Shown here: positions 1 through 12,070 of the stretch, piece after piece
Position numbering within the stretch: the first letter of the stretch is position 1
Layout: each line of letters begins with the position of its first letter
Assembly: GCA_964511535.1 (NCBI GenBank)
Contig: CAZEFW010000002.1
Location: forward strand, 818-64,817
Direction: 5' to 3'
DNA length: 64,000 bases
Source: an uncultured Myxococcales bacterium
Lineage (GTDB): Bacteria; Myxococcota_A; Polyangia; GCA-2747355; CAZCFB01
Notes under the pieces: model-generated
Database searches by the model: none
The model's input: only the letters and a program-made list of their open reading frames with translations
Told to the model about the DNA's origin: nothing
Position numbers and translations under genes: made by a program

Positions 1-2324
1 AGGGCGCGGCCCAGCGCCGCGCGGACGGTCTCCATCTGCAGCGCGGGCAGCCAGGGGTAGGCCTCCTGCTGGGCCCGGGCGAAAGCCTCGTCCCTGGCCA
101 GGGCGTACAGGTCCTGGGGAGTCGTCGCGTGTTCCAGGTGGGCGGCCAGGTGGCGCAGGCTGTATCGGCGCAGATCCTCGGGCTGCTCTGGCCACGCCTT
201 GCACCGCTGCACCAGCTGCTTTTCTGCCCAGATCGAGGTCTCGCGCGTTGCAGGCGCGCCTAACAGGTGCCGGCGGAAGCTGTCGTGGTACAGCGTCCAG
301 CCCTGGGCGCCCCAGCCGGTTCGCTCCCAGCGCAGGGCTGCCTGGCCAAGCTCCAGCGCCTGTGTGAACAGCTCGGACCAGCGGTCACTGGTCCGGAGCA
401 GGTGGTCCCCCAGCAGCGCCTCGATGGCCTGCTCGGTCAGGGGCTCGCGCGCCCGGGCCAGCAGGCAGAAGATCGGCGTGAGGATGGACCCCAGGTCACC
501 CACACGCGACCGGTTGAGCACCTCGTCGTAGTAAGCCGGCAGGCCCTCGGGCAGGCTATCCTCATCGCGTAGGCTCATGCGGCGGTCGACGAAGTCCTCC
601 ACCGCGATGCGGATGTAGAGCGGCAGCCCGCCGGATCGTTTCACCAACGTCTCCACAACCGGGTTGCTTCGGTCCGGGCGATCTCGGTCGAACAGCACAT
701 ACTTCAGCCGGCCGAGGTGCTGGACCAACATGTTGCGTGTCTCGTCGGCGTCGAGCACCGGCAGGCCCTGGGCCAGGGCCTCCTGCGCGCCCTGCATGGC
801 CCCGGCCGATGCAGGCTCCTCCCGGCTGGCGCAGAGCCAGACCACACCCGGCAGGGAGCTGCCCCGGATGATGTCCGCCAGCGACGGGTCCAGCGCGAGG
901 ATCTCGTCAAGGCCATCCACCAACAGGATCACCTTCTTGTCGAGGGTTGCTGCCTGCTGTAGCAGCTGGCGAAAGTGGCACCGCAGGCCCTCCGGATCGG
1001 ATGGGATCTCTTCCTCGTGATCCAGGGTGTCTGCAAGGCGGGTGCAAATCTGCTGTAGGAACCTGCCCACCGTGCAGGAGGCGCGGCCTGACCTGAAGAA
1101 CCAGGGCAGGCAGAGTAAGCGGTCGGCGGCGCCTGCGAGGTTGCGCGCCAGAGCAGCCATGAGCGCTGACTTGCCAACCCCGGCCTTGCCCCTGAGCCAT
1201 ATAACACCACTCTCGCAGCCATTGAGGGTCTGCTTGAGGGACTCTAGCTGCGCGGCGCGCCCGACGAAGACTTCCTGCAGGTCCTCGCGCAGCGCGTCCT
1301 GATCCGGGTCGGCCGCCTGGCTCGCGCGGACACTTATCCGACGCCATGTGCCGAGGGGAAACAGGGCTTCGAATCGGTCCAGCGCGCGGCCGCGGTGCCG
1401 GGTCATGGGCGCCTCGCCGGACAGCGCTGTGTACTCGAGGAACCCGCCCCGGCCCACGCGGAAGTAGACCTGCGGGCAAACCTCGGCGGCGCGGCCGTCG
1501 GTAGGGCTCACTAGCTGCAAGGGGTGCAATAATAGCGTGGCGGTACCGTTGGCCAGGAACAGGTCTCCAGGCTGCGCCTCGGCTGGCATGGGTCCATCCC
1601 AGGCAGGGAAGCCGGAATCCATGGGCGCGCCAACAAGGTGGACAGGCGCCCCGGAGGCAGACATGCCAACGAGCGCCACCTCGGCCAGGATCGACATGGC
1701 CTTGAGAACCGGCTCGAATCCCTGGAGCATCTTCCGACACAGCCCCCCGGCGTCGGGCAAAAAGTTGCTGTGGACCACGCAGTTCCGCAGTGCCAGCAGC
1801 CCAGCCTCAGGGGGGGCATTGCCGGGCCCAAGGCATGGCGTGAGCACCTTGAGCGCGAAGACATCCAGCCCTGGGTGAAATGGCGCGCCACGGCGTCCGA
1901 TGTCCCTGGCGGCGAGCTCCAGGACCTGCTTCCACAGCCCGAGGGTTGGCCGGGCCAGGCCCCTGGCCAGGGTGGCTTGCAGCGCCTTGGCAGGCCCGGG
2001 GTCGCGGGCCACCAGGTCGGCCAGCAATGCGCCGGCACAGTGGCGCGTGATCATCTCCGCAGCGTCGGTCAGGCGGTGCAGCCGTACATCGTCCCGCGTC
2101 TCCGAGTACAGCTCGGACAGTACCAGCGCCAGGGGAAAGGGAAGGCCCTCCAGGCCCGGGGGAATCACGGCGCGCTGCTGCTGCGTCGGCGGGGCGACCC
2201 GCGCTGCTACCGCCTCGGCAGCAAGCGTCACCGGCTCGGCGTGTTCGCCGCAGATCCAGAATCGGCCCACCCGGGCCATTATCCCCCCGCACTGCGGACA
2301 CAGAATATCCTTCGGATGGTTCAT
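1..2324 (-). CDS. STAND/NACHT-like P-loop NTPase with N-terminal zinc-ribbon (C-terminus runs off window, partial)
   Basis: Manual translation of the minus strand, which is absent from the ORF track because it is edge-truncated. The start is MNHPKDILCPQCGGIMARVGRFWICGEH, preceded by an AAAGGGGGA RBS. Walker A is LRGKAGVGKSALMAAL, Walker B is VILLVDGLDE, and GGLPLYI is a STAND GxP-like motif. The frame stays open with G/C-biased third positions down to position 1. Confidence 0.7.
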   Translation of the reverse strand, partial: MNHPKDILCPQCGGIMARVGRFWICGEHAEPVTLAAEAVAARVAPPTQQQRAVIPPGLEGLPFPLALVLSELYSETRDDVRLHRLTDAAEMITRHCAGALLADLVARDPGPAKALQATLARGLARPTLGLWKQVLELAARDIGRRGAPFHPGLDVFALKVLTPCLGPGNAPPEAGLLALRNCVVHSNFLPDAGGLCRKMLQGFEPVLKAMSILAEVALVGMSASGAPVHLVGAPMDSGFPAWDGPMPAEAQPGDLFLANGTATLLLHPLQLVSPTDGRAAEVCPQVYFRVGRGGFLEYTALSGEAPMTRHRGRALDRFEALFPLGTWRRISVRASQAADPDQDALREDLQEVFVGRAAQLESLKQTLNGCESGVIWLRGKAGVGKSALMAALARNLAGAADRLLCLPWFFRSGRASCTVGRFLQQICTRLADTLDHEEEIPSDPEGLRCHFRQLLQQAATLDKKVILLVDGLDEILALDPSLADIIRGSSLPGVVWLCASREEPASAGAMQGAQEALAQGLPVLDADETRNMLVQHLGRLKYVLFDRDRPDRSNPVVETLVKRSGGLPLYIRIAVEDFVDRRMSLRDEDSLPEGLPAYYDEVLNRSRVGDLGSILTPIFCLLARAREPLTEQAIEALLGDHLLRTSDRWSELFTQALELGQAALRWERTGWGAQGWTLYHDSFRRHLLGAPATRETSIWAEKQLVQRCKAWPEQPEDLRRYSLRHLAAHLEHATTPQDLYALARDEAFARAQQEAYPWLPALQMETVRAALGRA

Positions 2325-2348
2325 GCCTGGTCCCCCTTTGGACCGTCC

Positions 2349-3473
2349 CTACAAGAAGTGGAACGACCCCTCCGCGCCCAGGGAGATCATGCTCGGCAGG
2401 CTGCCCTTGAAGTCGGGGTCCATGTCGGCGGCGTCGAGGCAGCCGCTGCTGTCGCACACGCTGGTCCAGAACCCGGCCTTGTAGCTCAGCACGCCGCCCA
2501 CGGAGATCCAGCTGTTGACGAAGACATGCACCCCCATGCTGAGGTGCAGCGTGGCGCCGTAGTAGTTCCAGGTGTTGTTGGGGATGTTCACGGTGACCTG
2601 GCCGTAGCCCACGCCGAGGCCGATGAAGGGATCGAAGCGAGACCACTCCATGAACAGCGCCAGGGGCCAGAACTCCGCGAGGCCGGCGGCCTCGAAGAAG
2701 AACGCGCTGTCCGGGTTGATCGACGAGTAGGGGGAGCTGACGCCCAGGGCGGACCAGGTCATGCGCATGCCGTAGGAGAGGAAGTCCAGGGGCCGGTGCT
2801 CCACGCCGACGCCCACCGCGACGCTGGGGGAGAAGTCGAACAGCAGGTTGTTGCTCTTGTCTCGCTGGTCCGATGAGAGCGACCCGAAGCCGATGGAGGC
2901 GTAGACCGACAGGCCCTCACGGTTGTACACGCTCGCCACTGGCGCCGTCTTTCCGGGCGTCTCGCCCGGCTCCGCGCCCGGGCCCGGCTTCGCTGGGACG
3001 GGCTTGGCTGGCTGCTGCCCTGGCTCGTCCGACTCGTCCTCCTTCTTCAGCTTCGCCTCGAGCTCGGCGATCTTCTTCTCCACCTTGGGCCGGGCCTTGC
3101 TGTCCGGCTCCTCCGCCAGGAACCGCTTCAGGGTGTCCAGCGCGTCCTCCGGCCGCCCGAGTTTCTGCTGGCACAGGGCGATGTTGTAGAGCATCACCGG
3201 GTGGGGATCGATGCCGTAAGCCTCCTCGAACCCGGCCAGCGCGTCCTTGTACTTCTTCTCCTTGAACGCCGCGCGAGCGGCCTTGAAGGAGGCCTTGGCG
3301 CGCGTCTTGGCGTCTTGATCCTGGGCCTCGCTCCCGGCTGCCTCACCCTCGGGGGCCTTCTCCTCGGCCGCCTTCTCCCCTTCGGGCTGGGTCGCCCCCG
3401 CGGCGTGGGCCAGGTGTGGAGCCGGCAGGGCGAGCGCCACGGTCATGGTCAGACTGGCGAGCAGGTTGCGCAT
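2349..3473 (-). CDS. TPR-repeat-containing outer-membrane beta-barrel protein (signal peptide)
   Basis: N-terminal signal MRNLLASLTMTVALALPAPHLAHA. A TPR-like segment (YKDALAGFEEAYGIDPHPVMLYNIALCQQKLG) and an acidic/lysine linker follow. The C-terminal part has alternating aromatic/hydrophobic beta-strands and ends in FHFL. It sits 24 nt upstream of the NTPase gene on the same strand. Confidence 0.55.
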   Translation of the reverse strand: MRNLLASLTMTVALALPAPHLAHAAGATQPEGEKAAEEKAPEGEAAGSEAQDQDAKTRAKASFKAARAAFKEKKYKDALAGFEEAYGIDPHPVMLYNIALCQQKLGRPEDALDTLKRFLAEEPDSKARPKVEKKIAELEAKLKKEDESDEPGQQPAKPVPAKPGPGAEPGETPGKTAPVASVYNREGLSVYASIGFGSLSSDQRDKSNNLLFDFSPSVAVGVGVEHRPLDFLSYGMRMTWSALGVSSPYSSINPDSAFFFEAAGLAEFWPLALFMEWSRFDPFIGLGVGYGQVTVNIPNNTWNYYGATLHLSMGVHVFVNSWISVGGVLSYKAGFWTSVCDSSGCLDAADMDPDFKGSLPSMISLGAEGSFHFL

Positions 3474-3577
3474 GAGCTTTCCTCGTTTTTCCGGATCGTA
3501 GCAGTTCTGAAGTGTGCCACGCCGGTGATCGGTGTCACAACTTTGTGTGAGACCGCCCGGTGGGCTAGTTTGTTCAT

Positions 3578-5215
3578 GTGAGGCCGCCGCTCTTCGACAT
3601 CCCCCGCACGGTCAGGACCTACGGCCACTACTTCGACGTGCACGCCGATGTGCTCGATGAGCTGCTGGTCTCGGTGGACCGCTGCCTGACCCGGGTGCTG
3701 CCGCCGGAGGTCTCCGCGAGGGTGGACCGCGAGGGCTCCACCCTCGAGCGTGGGCCGGACGGCCGCCTGCGCGTGCGGCGCCACCCCGACATCGAGGCCG
3801 CGCGCCTCGCCCTGGCAGAGCTCGGCTGCTTCCGCATCTTCTTGCCCGAGGACGTGGGCGGCTTCGGCCTGCCGCTCGGCGTCTACTACCTGGCGGTGCA
3901 GCTCATCTCGGCCCATGACACCTCCCTGGCGCTCATCTTCCTGGTGCACGGCAACGCCATGTACGGCCTGCACCGCTACGGCACGGCAGCCCAGCGCGCC
4001 CGCTACCTCCCCGCCCTGACCGCCGGCGATCAGCTCGCCACTGTGGCCTTCACCGAGCCGCGGGCTGGCTCCGACGCGGGGCTGATCCGCACCCGCGCGC
4101 GGCGGGACGGCGACAGCTGGGTGCTCGACGGAGACAAGCTGTTCATCACCAACGGCGGCGACGCGGATCTGCTCATCACCACCGCCCGCACCGGCCCCCT
4201 GGAGCGAGACATCGACGGCGTGAGCGCGTTCATCCTGGAGCGCGAGGCCGACGGCGTCGAGGTGCTCGGCCTGGAGGACAAGACCGGCCTCGGCGGCTCG
4301 CCCACCGCGGCCCTGGCATACAACGCGCTGCGGATCCCTGCCGACCGCATGCTGCACCGGGAAGGGAAGGGGGGCGTGGTGGCGTTCGCCGGGGTGGGCA
4401 TGACCCGGGTGAACATCGCCGCCCAGGCCCTCGGAATCGCCAAGCGCGCGTTCGGCGCGGCGGTGTCCTTCGCCCGCGACCGGGTCCAGGGCGGGCGCCG
4501 CATCCTGGAGCATGACGCCGTGCTGGAGCGGCTGAGCTCCGTGGCCTTCACCATCAGCGCCATGGAGAACCTGATCTGCCTCGACTCGGCCCTCGAGGCG
4601 CAGGGCCAGTGGCATGTACTGGAGATGTCGATCTGCAAGTACCACGCGAGCGAGGCGCTCCAGCCCCTGACCAGCCGCGCCATCAACGTCTTCGGCGGCT
4701 ACGGCGTGTGCCGCGAGTATGTCGTGGAGCGGTGCCGGCGCGAGGCCGTGGCCCTGCCGCTCTACGGCGGCACCAGCGAGATCCAGTGGTTCATCATCGC
4801 CCGGGAGCTGCTCGGCGCCCTCGACGGCACCAGCCGCGCCGACTACCGCGCGCGTTGGGGGGACGCGTGCGCCGCGCTGCAGCAGCGGTGCGCCGCCGAT
4901 CCCGCGCTCGCCCCCCTGGGCGAGGCCGTCGCCCGGGGCGACCGGCGCCTGTGGCGCTGTGTGCAGCAGGTGGCCGCGGCGGAGGCGCCGAGGGCCCCGC
5001 TTCACCGGCACCTCACCGAGATGTCGGTGGCGGTGACGGTGGCCCGGGCCATGGTCTGGCAGGGCGCCGCCGCCGACTCCAGCGCGCTGGATCGTCGCCT
5101 CGCGGAGTGGTCGGTGGAGCGGATGACCCGGGCGCTGGAGCGCCACGAGGGCGCGGTGCAGCAGGGGCGCACCCGCGCCGGGCTGAAACAAGAGCTGCGC
5201 GATCTCCTTGGCTAG
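3578..5215 (+). CDS. acyl-CoA dehydrogenase family protein
   Basis: Motifs LFITNGGDADLLITTART and YGGTSEIQWFIIARELLG are typical of ACAD FAD and substrate domains. GTG start. Confidence 0.75.
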   Translation: MRPPLFDIPRTVRTYGHYFDVHADVLDELLVSVDRCLTRVLPPEVSARVDREGSTLERGPDGRLRVRRHPDIEAARLALAELGCFRIFLPEDVGGFGLPLGVYYLAVQLISAHDTSLALIFLVHGNAMYGLHRYGTAAQRARYLPALTAGDQLATVAFTEPRAGSDAGLIRTRARRDGDSWVLDGDKLFITNGGDADLLITTARTGPLERDIDGVSAFILEREADGVEVLGLEDKTGLGGSPTAALAYNALRIPADRMLHREGKGGVVAFAGVGMTRVNIAAQALGIAKRAFGAAVSFARDRVQGGRRILEHDAVLERLSSVAFTISAMENLICLDSALEAQGQWHVLEMSICKYHASEALQPLTSRAINVFGGYGVCREYVVERCRREAVALPLYGGTSEIQWFIIARELLGALDGTSRADYRARWGDACAALQQRCAADPALAPLGEAVARGDRRLWRCVQQVAAAEAPRAPLHRHLTEMSVAVTVARAMVWQGAAADSSALDRRLAEWSVERMTRALERHEGAVQQGRTRAGLKQELRDLLG

Positions 5216-5263
5216 AAGATTGCTGCCCTCTCCGCATCCGTGCCATCATCGCGGCCCTCTCAC

Positions 5264-7255
<1,992 letters not shown>

Positions 7256-7352
7256 GCGGGTTGGTGGTATGATCACCCTCAGGCAGCGGCCTCCAGGAGC
7301 CTGGCGGGGCATTGAGCCGAGCGCCAAGGGCTCTCAAGCACGAGGTTCAACG

Positions 7353-8699
7353 ATGTTCCATATAAAGCGTAGTGCGGTGGTAACGGGCGCCCTGGCCCTG
7401 GCCCTGGCGTTCGCCCTCGGCGCCTGCGGTGAGCGTCGGGTCAAAAAGCAGGACGGCGGCGCGGTGGGCGACGGCGGCCAGGTGAAGCGAGACGGCCCCG
7501 CCACCGGCGGAGATGGCCCGCGGCGCGACGCGTTCCGCCCCTGGGAGATCGGGGCGCCGGATCGTGCCATTCGCAAGGACAAGCGCGTCCGGCCGGACCG
7601 CAAGCTGCCGCCGGATCGCTGGATCCCGCCCAAGGACGGCCCGGTCAAGCCGCCGAAAGATAGCGGCCCCAAGCCGTGCAACAAGATGGGGATCCCGTGC
7701 CAGACCGACAAGAACTGCTGCGGCGGCTACCTGTGCGCCAAGCTGTTCTCGGGGGCCAAGGTGTGCACCAAGAAGTGCACCCCCGATGACCCCAACACCA
7801 AGCTGGTCGTCGAGGACACCTGCCCCGGCTACCCCAACAGCTTCGTCTGCGCCAACATCGCCGCGCCGCCAGCCATCGTGCATCGCTGCCTGCGCCGCTG
7901 CACCCCTGCCAAGGGCAAGAACCCCTGCCCGACGGGCCTGGCGTGCGACCCGCTCACCACCGTCATGACCAACAGCTCTGACAAGGCGGTGTGCGGCTGG
8001 CCCGCATGCAAGACGGGCAAGGACTGCCCGGTTCACCTGACCAAGCTCTGCTCGCCGCATTCGCCCGCGTGGCAGTGCCAGGGCATGCCCAAGGGGGTGT
8101 ACTGCGCGCCGGTGTTCCTCAGCTCCTTCTCCGGGCGCTGCGCCTACGAGGGCGTCTGCGACATCAAGAGCGGGCTGTGCACGACCCACAAGCTGGGCAA
8201 GAGCGCCGCCAAGGTGGGCGACCCGTGCACCGACGATCGCGACTGCGGCGGCAACATGGAGTGCCTGATGGAGGTGAGCACCTCCGGGGTCGCCTACTGG
8301 GCCAACGGCTACTGCTCAATCCGCGGCTGCGTCTTCTCCACCCTCAAGGAGCGCCAGTGTCCGTCCGGATCGGCCTGCTCTCGTAACCACTACGGCGGGC
8401 GCTGCCTCAAGACCTGCGACCTGAAGAAGGCGTCCAGCTGCCGCGGCTACGCCAAGGACAAGTACGGCGACTACGAGTGCCGCGCCTGGAGCAACTGGAA
8501 GGTCTCGCCGTCGCCAGTGTGCGAGGGCGGCTTCGTGGTGCCGTGCACCTCGTTCTCCGGCGGCTACACCGACTGCACCGTGCTCGGCCTGCAGGGCAAC
8601 CCCACGGACATGCAGTGCCGCGACATCAAGACCGGCAAGAAGCTGAGCGCCAAGCACCCCAACGGCTACTGCCTGGACAACACCGCCTCGGGCAAGTAG
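7353..8699 (+). CDS. Cys-rich secreted lipoprotein
   Basis: Lipoprotein signal with lipobox ALGAC, then roughly 40 Cys in repeated CxxGxxC patterns. Co-directional with the next lipoprotein gene. Confidence 0.55.
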   Translation: MFHIKRSAVVTGALALALAFALGACGERRVKKQDGGAVGDGGQVKRDGPATGGDGPRRDAFRPWEIGAPDRAIRKDKRVRPDRKLPPDRWIPPKDGPVKPPKDSGPKPCNKMGIPCQTDKNCCGGYLCAKLFSGAKVCTKKCTPDDPNTKLVVEDTCPGYPNSFVCANIAAPPAIVHRCLRRCTPAKGKNPCPTGLACDPLTTVMTNSSDKAVCGWPACKTGKDCPVHLTKLCSPHSPAWQCQGMPKGVYCAPVFLSSFSGRCAYEGVCDIKSGLCTTHKLGKSAAKVGDPCTDDRDCGGNMECLMEVSTSGVAYWANGYCSIRGCVFSTLKERQCPSGSACSRNHYGGRCLKTCDLKKASSCRGYAKDKYGDYECRAWSNWKVSPSPVCEGGFVVPCTSFSGGYTDCTVLGLQGNPTDMQCRDIKTGKKLSAKHPNGYCLDNTASGK

Positions 8700-8743
8700 C
8701 CCGCGCCGCGGCCACCGCAGGGCCGCGTGATAACCTGGTGTGC

Positions 8744-9565
8744 ATGAACCTGACCGATTTGAGACGACGACCCGCTGGCGTCGCCGGCTTGCTGCTGCTG
8801 GGAGCGATGGCCCTCAGCTGCTCCAGCGATCCGGAACCCGCGGGAGCGGATCTGGGCTTGCCCGACCGCGGCCCGGTGAGTCAGCAGCTCGACCTGCCCG
8901 TCTTCGACCTGGTGGGCGCTGACCTGCCAGGGGTGGACGCTGCTGCCCCGGCCCCGGACCTGTGGGCGGTTGACACCGCGCCGTCCAGCCAGCTTCGGGA
9001 CCACTCGGTGAACCAGGCGTCGGCCACCAGCGCCGGAGGCGGGGTGGTGGTGCTGTCCACCCAGGCTCAGCAGAACGCCGCCGGGGCCTTCAACGGCAGC
9101 GGCACCGGCAACAAGGCGATCCTCGGCGTCGCGGGGTACGACGGCGTCAAGCTGGCCAGCCTGTCCGCCATCGAGGTGCAAGCGACCCGGCTCAAGGGAA
9201 AGGGCACGCACTACCTGAACCTGCTTGTGGACCTGACCTGCGCCGGCGGCGCGCTGAAGATCCTGGTTTATGACCAGCTGAAGATCGGGACCAGCTCCTT
9301 CGACCTGAGCAAGGACAGCTTCAGGGTGGTGCGCAACCTCGACGGCAAGAACACGCCCCCCTGGCTGGGCGTCTCGTACACCCTCGCTCAGCTGACCAAG
9401 GATCATCCTGCGGCGTGCCTGCGGGACGCCGTGAGCCATGACAGCGGCATGCCGGCCGGCGTGAAGCTCTCCGCCCTGCTGGTGATCCTGGGTGACAGCA
9501 TGAACCAAAGCGAACACCAGGTGAAGGTCACCTCGCTCAAGGTGGGCGGGGTGGTCATCCAGTAG
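8744..9565 (+). CDS. hypothetical lipoprotein
   Basis: MNLTDLRRRPAGVAGLLLLGAMALSCSS signal with lipobox. The start was found by codon arithmetic inside the longer track ORF 8477..9565. Confidence 0.5.
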   Translation: MNLTDLRRRPAGVAGLLLLGAMALSCSSDPEPAGADLGLPDRGPVSQQLDLPVFDLVGADLPGVDAAAPAPDLWAVDTAPSSQLRDHSVNQASATSAGGGVVVLSTQAQQNAAGAFNGSGTGNKAILGVAGYDGVKLASLSAIEVQATRLKGKGTHYLNLLVDLTCAGGALKILVYDQLKIGTSSFDLSKDSFRVVRNLDGKNTPPWLGVSYTLAQLTKDHPAACLRDAVSHDSGMPAGVKLSALLVILGDSMNQSEHQVKVTSLKVGGVVIQ

Positions 9566-9568
9566 CGG

Positions 9569-10753
9569 TCACCGCTCCAGCGTCCAGATCCGGTGGTTGC
9601 CGGTGTCCGCGACATGGACCCTGGTCGGGCTCTCGGCGTGCACGCCGTACGGTCCGCGCAACATGCCCGGGGTCTTCTGGTTCGGGCTGGTCGCGCCGGC
9701 CTTGCCCGTGCCCGCGATGGTAACCACCGAGGTGCCCGCGATCATGCGAACGGCGTTGCTGCCGGTGTCGGCCACGAACACGACGCCGTCGCTGGCCACC
9801 GACACCGTGGTGGGCCGGTTGAACTGCGCCTGGCCCACGGTCCCGTCCACGCAGCCCGGCTTGCCCGTGCCGGCCAGGGTCATCACCTTGTCGGTGATCT
9901 TGTCGTAGTAGCGGATCCGGTGGTTACCCCGGTCCGCGATGTACACCCGCTGGCGGGTGGCGTCCCAGGCCACGTCAGTGGGCTGGTTGAAGCGGGATTT
10001 GTTCGGCGCGCCGTCGACGAAGCCGGGGCCGCCGCCCTTGACGCTGGCCAGGGGGTACCCCTTGGGCGTCATCTCCAGCACCTTGAACACCTTGCGGACG
10101 CGGTGGTTGCCCGTGTCTGCCACCAGGTAGTAGCCGCTCCAGCCGTAGGCCAGCCCCATCACCCCGCTGAACGAGGGGTTCTTGCCGTCGGAGTCGCCAG
10201 CGGCGCCGGTGCCCATGATGGTGCGAGCGACCCATTTTGTGGAGAGCGGGGTCATCATGGCAATGGCGCGCAGCCTGTGGGCCCCGGCCTCCGCCACCTC
10301 CACCGAGGACCAGCCTCTACACCGCAGCCCTGCGGGGCTGTTGACGGTTATCAGGTTGTCTTTGTAGTCCCTGGGTGACTTGAGCTCGCCCTTGTATATC
10401 CAGCGCACGCGGCCGTTGCCCCAGTCCGAGATGAAGAAGGACCCGTCCTTGGCGCATACCGCGCGCGGCTGGTTCAACTGAGCCGACGCGGCCGGTCCGT
10501 CCAGCAGGCCAGCCGCGCCGGTGCCCGCCACCAGGGAGACGCTCCAGGTGCTGCGCGCGGCGTTCTTGCACAGGGTGCCGCCGCCGGAGCCCCCGTCGCC
10601 CGTCGTCCCGCCGCCATCCCGGCCCGGCTGCCGGCCACCGTCCGCCCCCGGCACCTCGCCACCGTCAGGTTCTCTGTCCTGGTACCGGAACACCAGGTTG
10701 CACCCGGCGAGGAGCGGGGCGAGAAAGGAGGCGAGCATGAACAGGCGAAGCAT
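9569..10753 (-). CDS. NHL-repeat beta-propeller lipoprotein
   Basis: Signal with lipobox LLAGC. Repeated NHL signatures DTGNHRVRKV, DRGNHRIRYYD and DTGNHRIWTLE. Confidence 0.7.
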   Translation of the reverse strand: MLRLFMLASFLAPLLAGCNLVFRYQDREPDGGEVPGADGGRQPGRDGGGTTGDGGSGGGTLCKNAARSTWSVSLVAGTGAAGLLDGPAASAQLNQPRAVCAKDGSFFISDWGNGRVRWIYKGELKSPRDYKDNLITVNSPAGLRCRGWSSVEVAEAGAHRLRAIAMMTPLSTKWVARTIMGTGAAGDSDGKNPSFSGVMGLAYGWSGYYLVADTGNHRVRKVFKVLEMTPKGYPLASVKGGGPGFVDGAPNKSRFNQPTDVAWDATRQRVYIADRGNHRIRYYDKITDKVMTLAGTGKPGCVDGTVGQAQFNRPTTVSVASDGVVFVADTGSNAVRMIAGTSVVTIAGTGKAGATSPNQKTPGMLRGPYGVHAESPTRVHVADTGNHRIWTLER

Positions 10754-10814
10754 CCCTGGGATTCTATGGCCCCTGACGCCCGGAGCGCACCTATCTCTTT
10801 TTGCTTTATGCTTT

Positions 10815-11969
10815 TCAGCTTCGCGCTTTCCGTCCCACCACCCAGTACAACACCAGCGCCACCGCCGCCGCCGCGGCTGAACCGCGGTACATCACCGCGC
10901 CGCCCCAGCGTTGCAGCGTGCGGCTCCCCGCCATGTAGCCGATGACCGTGCCCGTGCCGATGGCGGTGAAGGCCATGGACTGGCAGGTGGCGCGCAGCCG
11001 CTCGGGCGCGCGGTCTTGCACGAACCGTACGAGGCTCAGGTACCACAGCCCGAAGCTCAGCCCGTGCAGGGTCTGCACCGCCACGATGGCCGGCACCGTG
11101 GTGACCACCGAGATGAGGCTCCACCGCAGCACCGCCGCCGCAGCGCTGACCATGAGCAGCCGGCTGCCGCGCACGCCGCTCAGCACCTTCGGCGCCAGCA
11201 GCATCACGGCGATCTCCCAGCACACGCCGTTGAACCAGGCCATGCCGAGCACTCCATCGCCGTGGCCCAGGTCGCGCAGGTGCAGCCCGAAGTAGGCGTC
11301 ATAGGTGGAGTGGCCGGAGTAGTACGCCACGGTGGCCACCAGGAACAGCAGGATCTCATCCTGGCGCAGCAGCCCGAACGCTTCGCGCAGGATGCCGTGC
11401 TGGCGCTCCATGTCTGGCACCCGGATCGGGAGGGTGGCCAGGGCGGACGCGACATAGAGCGCCGAGGTCACCCCGATGAGGAACCACGGGTCGTGGGTGC
11501 CCTCCTTGAGGCCCATGCCGAGCACCGCCAGGGCGAACCCCACCGAACCCCAGACCCGAACGGTGCCGAACTTCGCCGTGCGCCCCTCCAGCGCCGCGCA
11601 GGTCACGGCGTCGGCCAGCGGGATCAGCGGAACCCGGAAGGCGGACAGCAGCAGGAAGGCGCCCATCACCGCCCACTGCGAGCGGGCGGGCAGCAGCAGC
11701 AGCACCGACAGCGCGCACCCCACGCTGGCCAGCCGCAGCAGCCGCACCCGCGCCCGCAGCGCGTCGGCCACGGCCCCCCACACCGTCGGCAGGAGCATGC
11801 CGCACAGGGGCAGCATCACCATGATCCAGCCGATCTGATCCGGGGAGAGCCCGCGGTCCGACAGCAGCGACGGCAGGAACGGGAACAGCGCGCCGAGACC
11901 CGCGAAGCTGAACAGGTAGAACAGGATCAGGGCGAGGTGGCTAGAGGCCATCTCGCCTCGGTCGGTCAT
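10815..11969 (-). CDS. MFS-type transporter
   Basis: About 12 predicted hydrophobic helices, a length of 384 aa, and conserved G/R-rich MFS loop motifs. Confidence 0.65.
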   Translation of the reverse strand: MTDRGEMASSHLALILFYLFSFAGLGALFPFLPSLLSDRGLSPDQIGWIMVMLPLCGMLLPTVWGAVADALRARVRLLRLASVGCALSVLLLLPARSQWAVMGAFLLLSAFRVPLIPLADAVTCAALEGRTAKFGTVRVWGSVGFALAVLGMGLKEGTHDPWFLIGVTSALYVASALATLPIRVPDMERQHGILREAFGLLRQDEILLFLVATVAYYSGHSTYDAYFGLHLRDLGHGDGVLGMAWFNGVCWEIAVMLLAPKVLSGVRGSRLLMVSAAAAVLRWSLISVVTTVPAIVAVQTLHGLSFGLWYLSLVRFVQDRAPERLRATCQSMAFTAIGTGTVIGYMAGSRTLQRWGGAVMYRGSAAAAAVALVLYWVVGRKARS

Positions 11970-12070
11970 TTGTATGATGACTTGCTGGGCGCATGGGAGC
12001 CCGCACTAGACCAGATCCACACCGTGGTTACAACCGGCGTGGTAGCCTCCCTGCCAGGAGGGCCCCGAAC

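Noticed and set aside
1638-2876. 412-aa plus-strand ORF (and 1807..2646 -, 907..1740 -, 1511..2038 -) overlapping the STAND NTPase and OMP genes
   Set aside because: Off-frame or antisense to a minus-strand frame that has clear Walker A/B motifs and G/C-biased third positions. Their translations are R/G/P/A-rich low-complexity sequence typical of GC-rich artefacts.
3449-5191. 580-aa minus-strand ORF antisense to the acyl-CoA dehydrogenase gene
   Set aside because: It has no motifs and is Arg/Gly/Ala/His-rich, while the plus frame has strong ACAD signatures.
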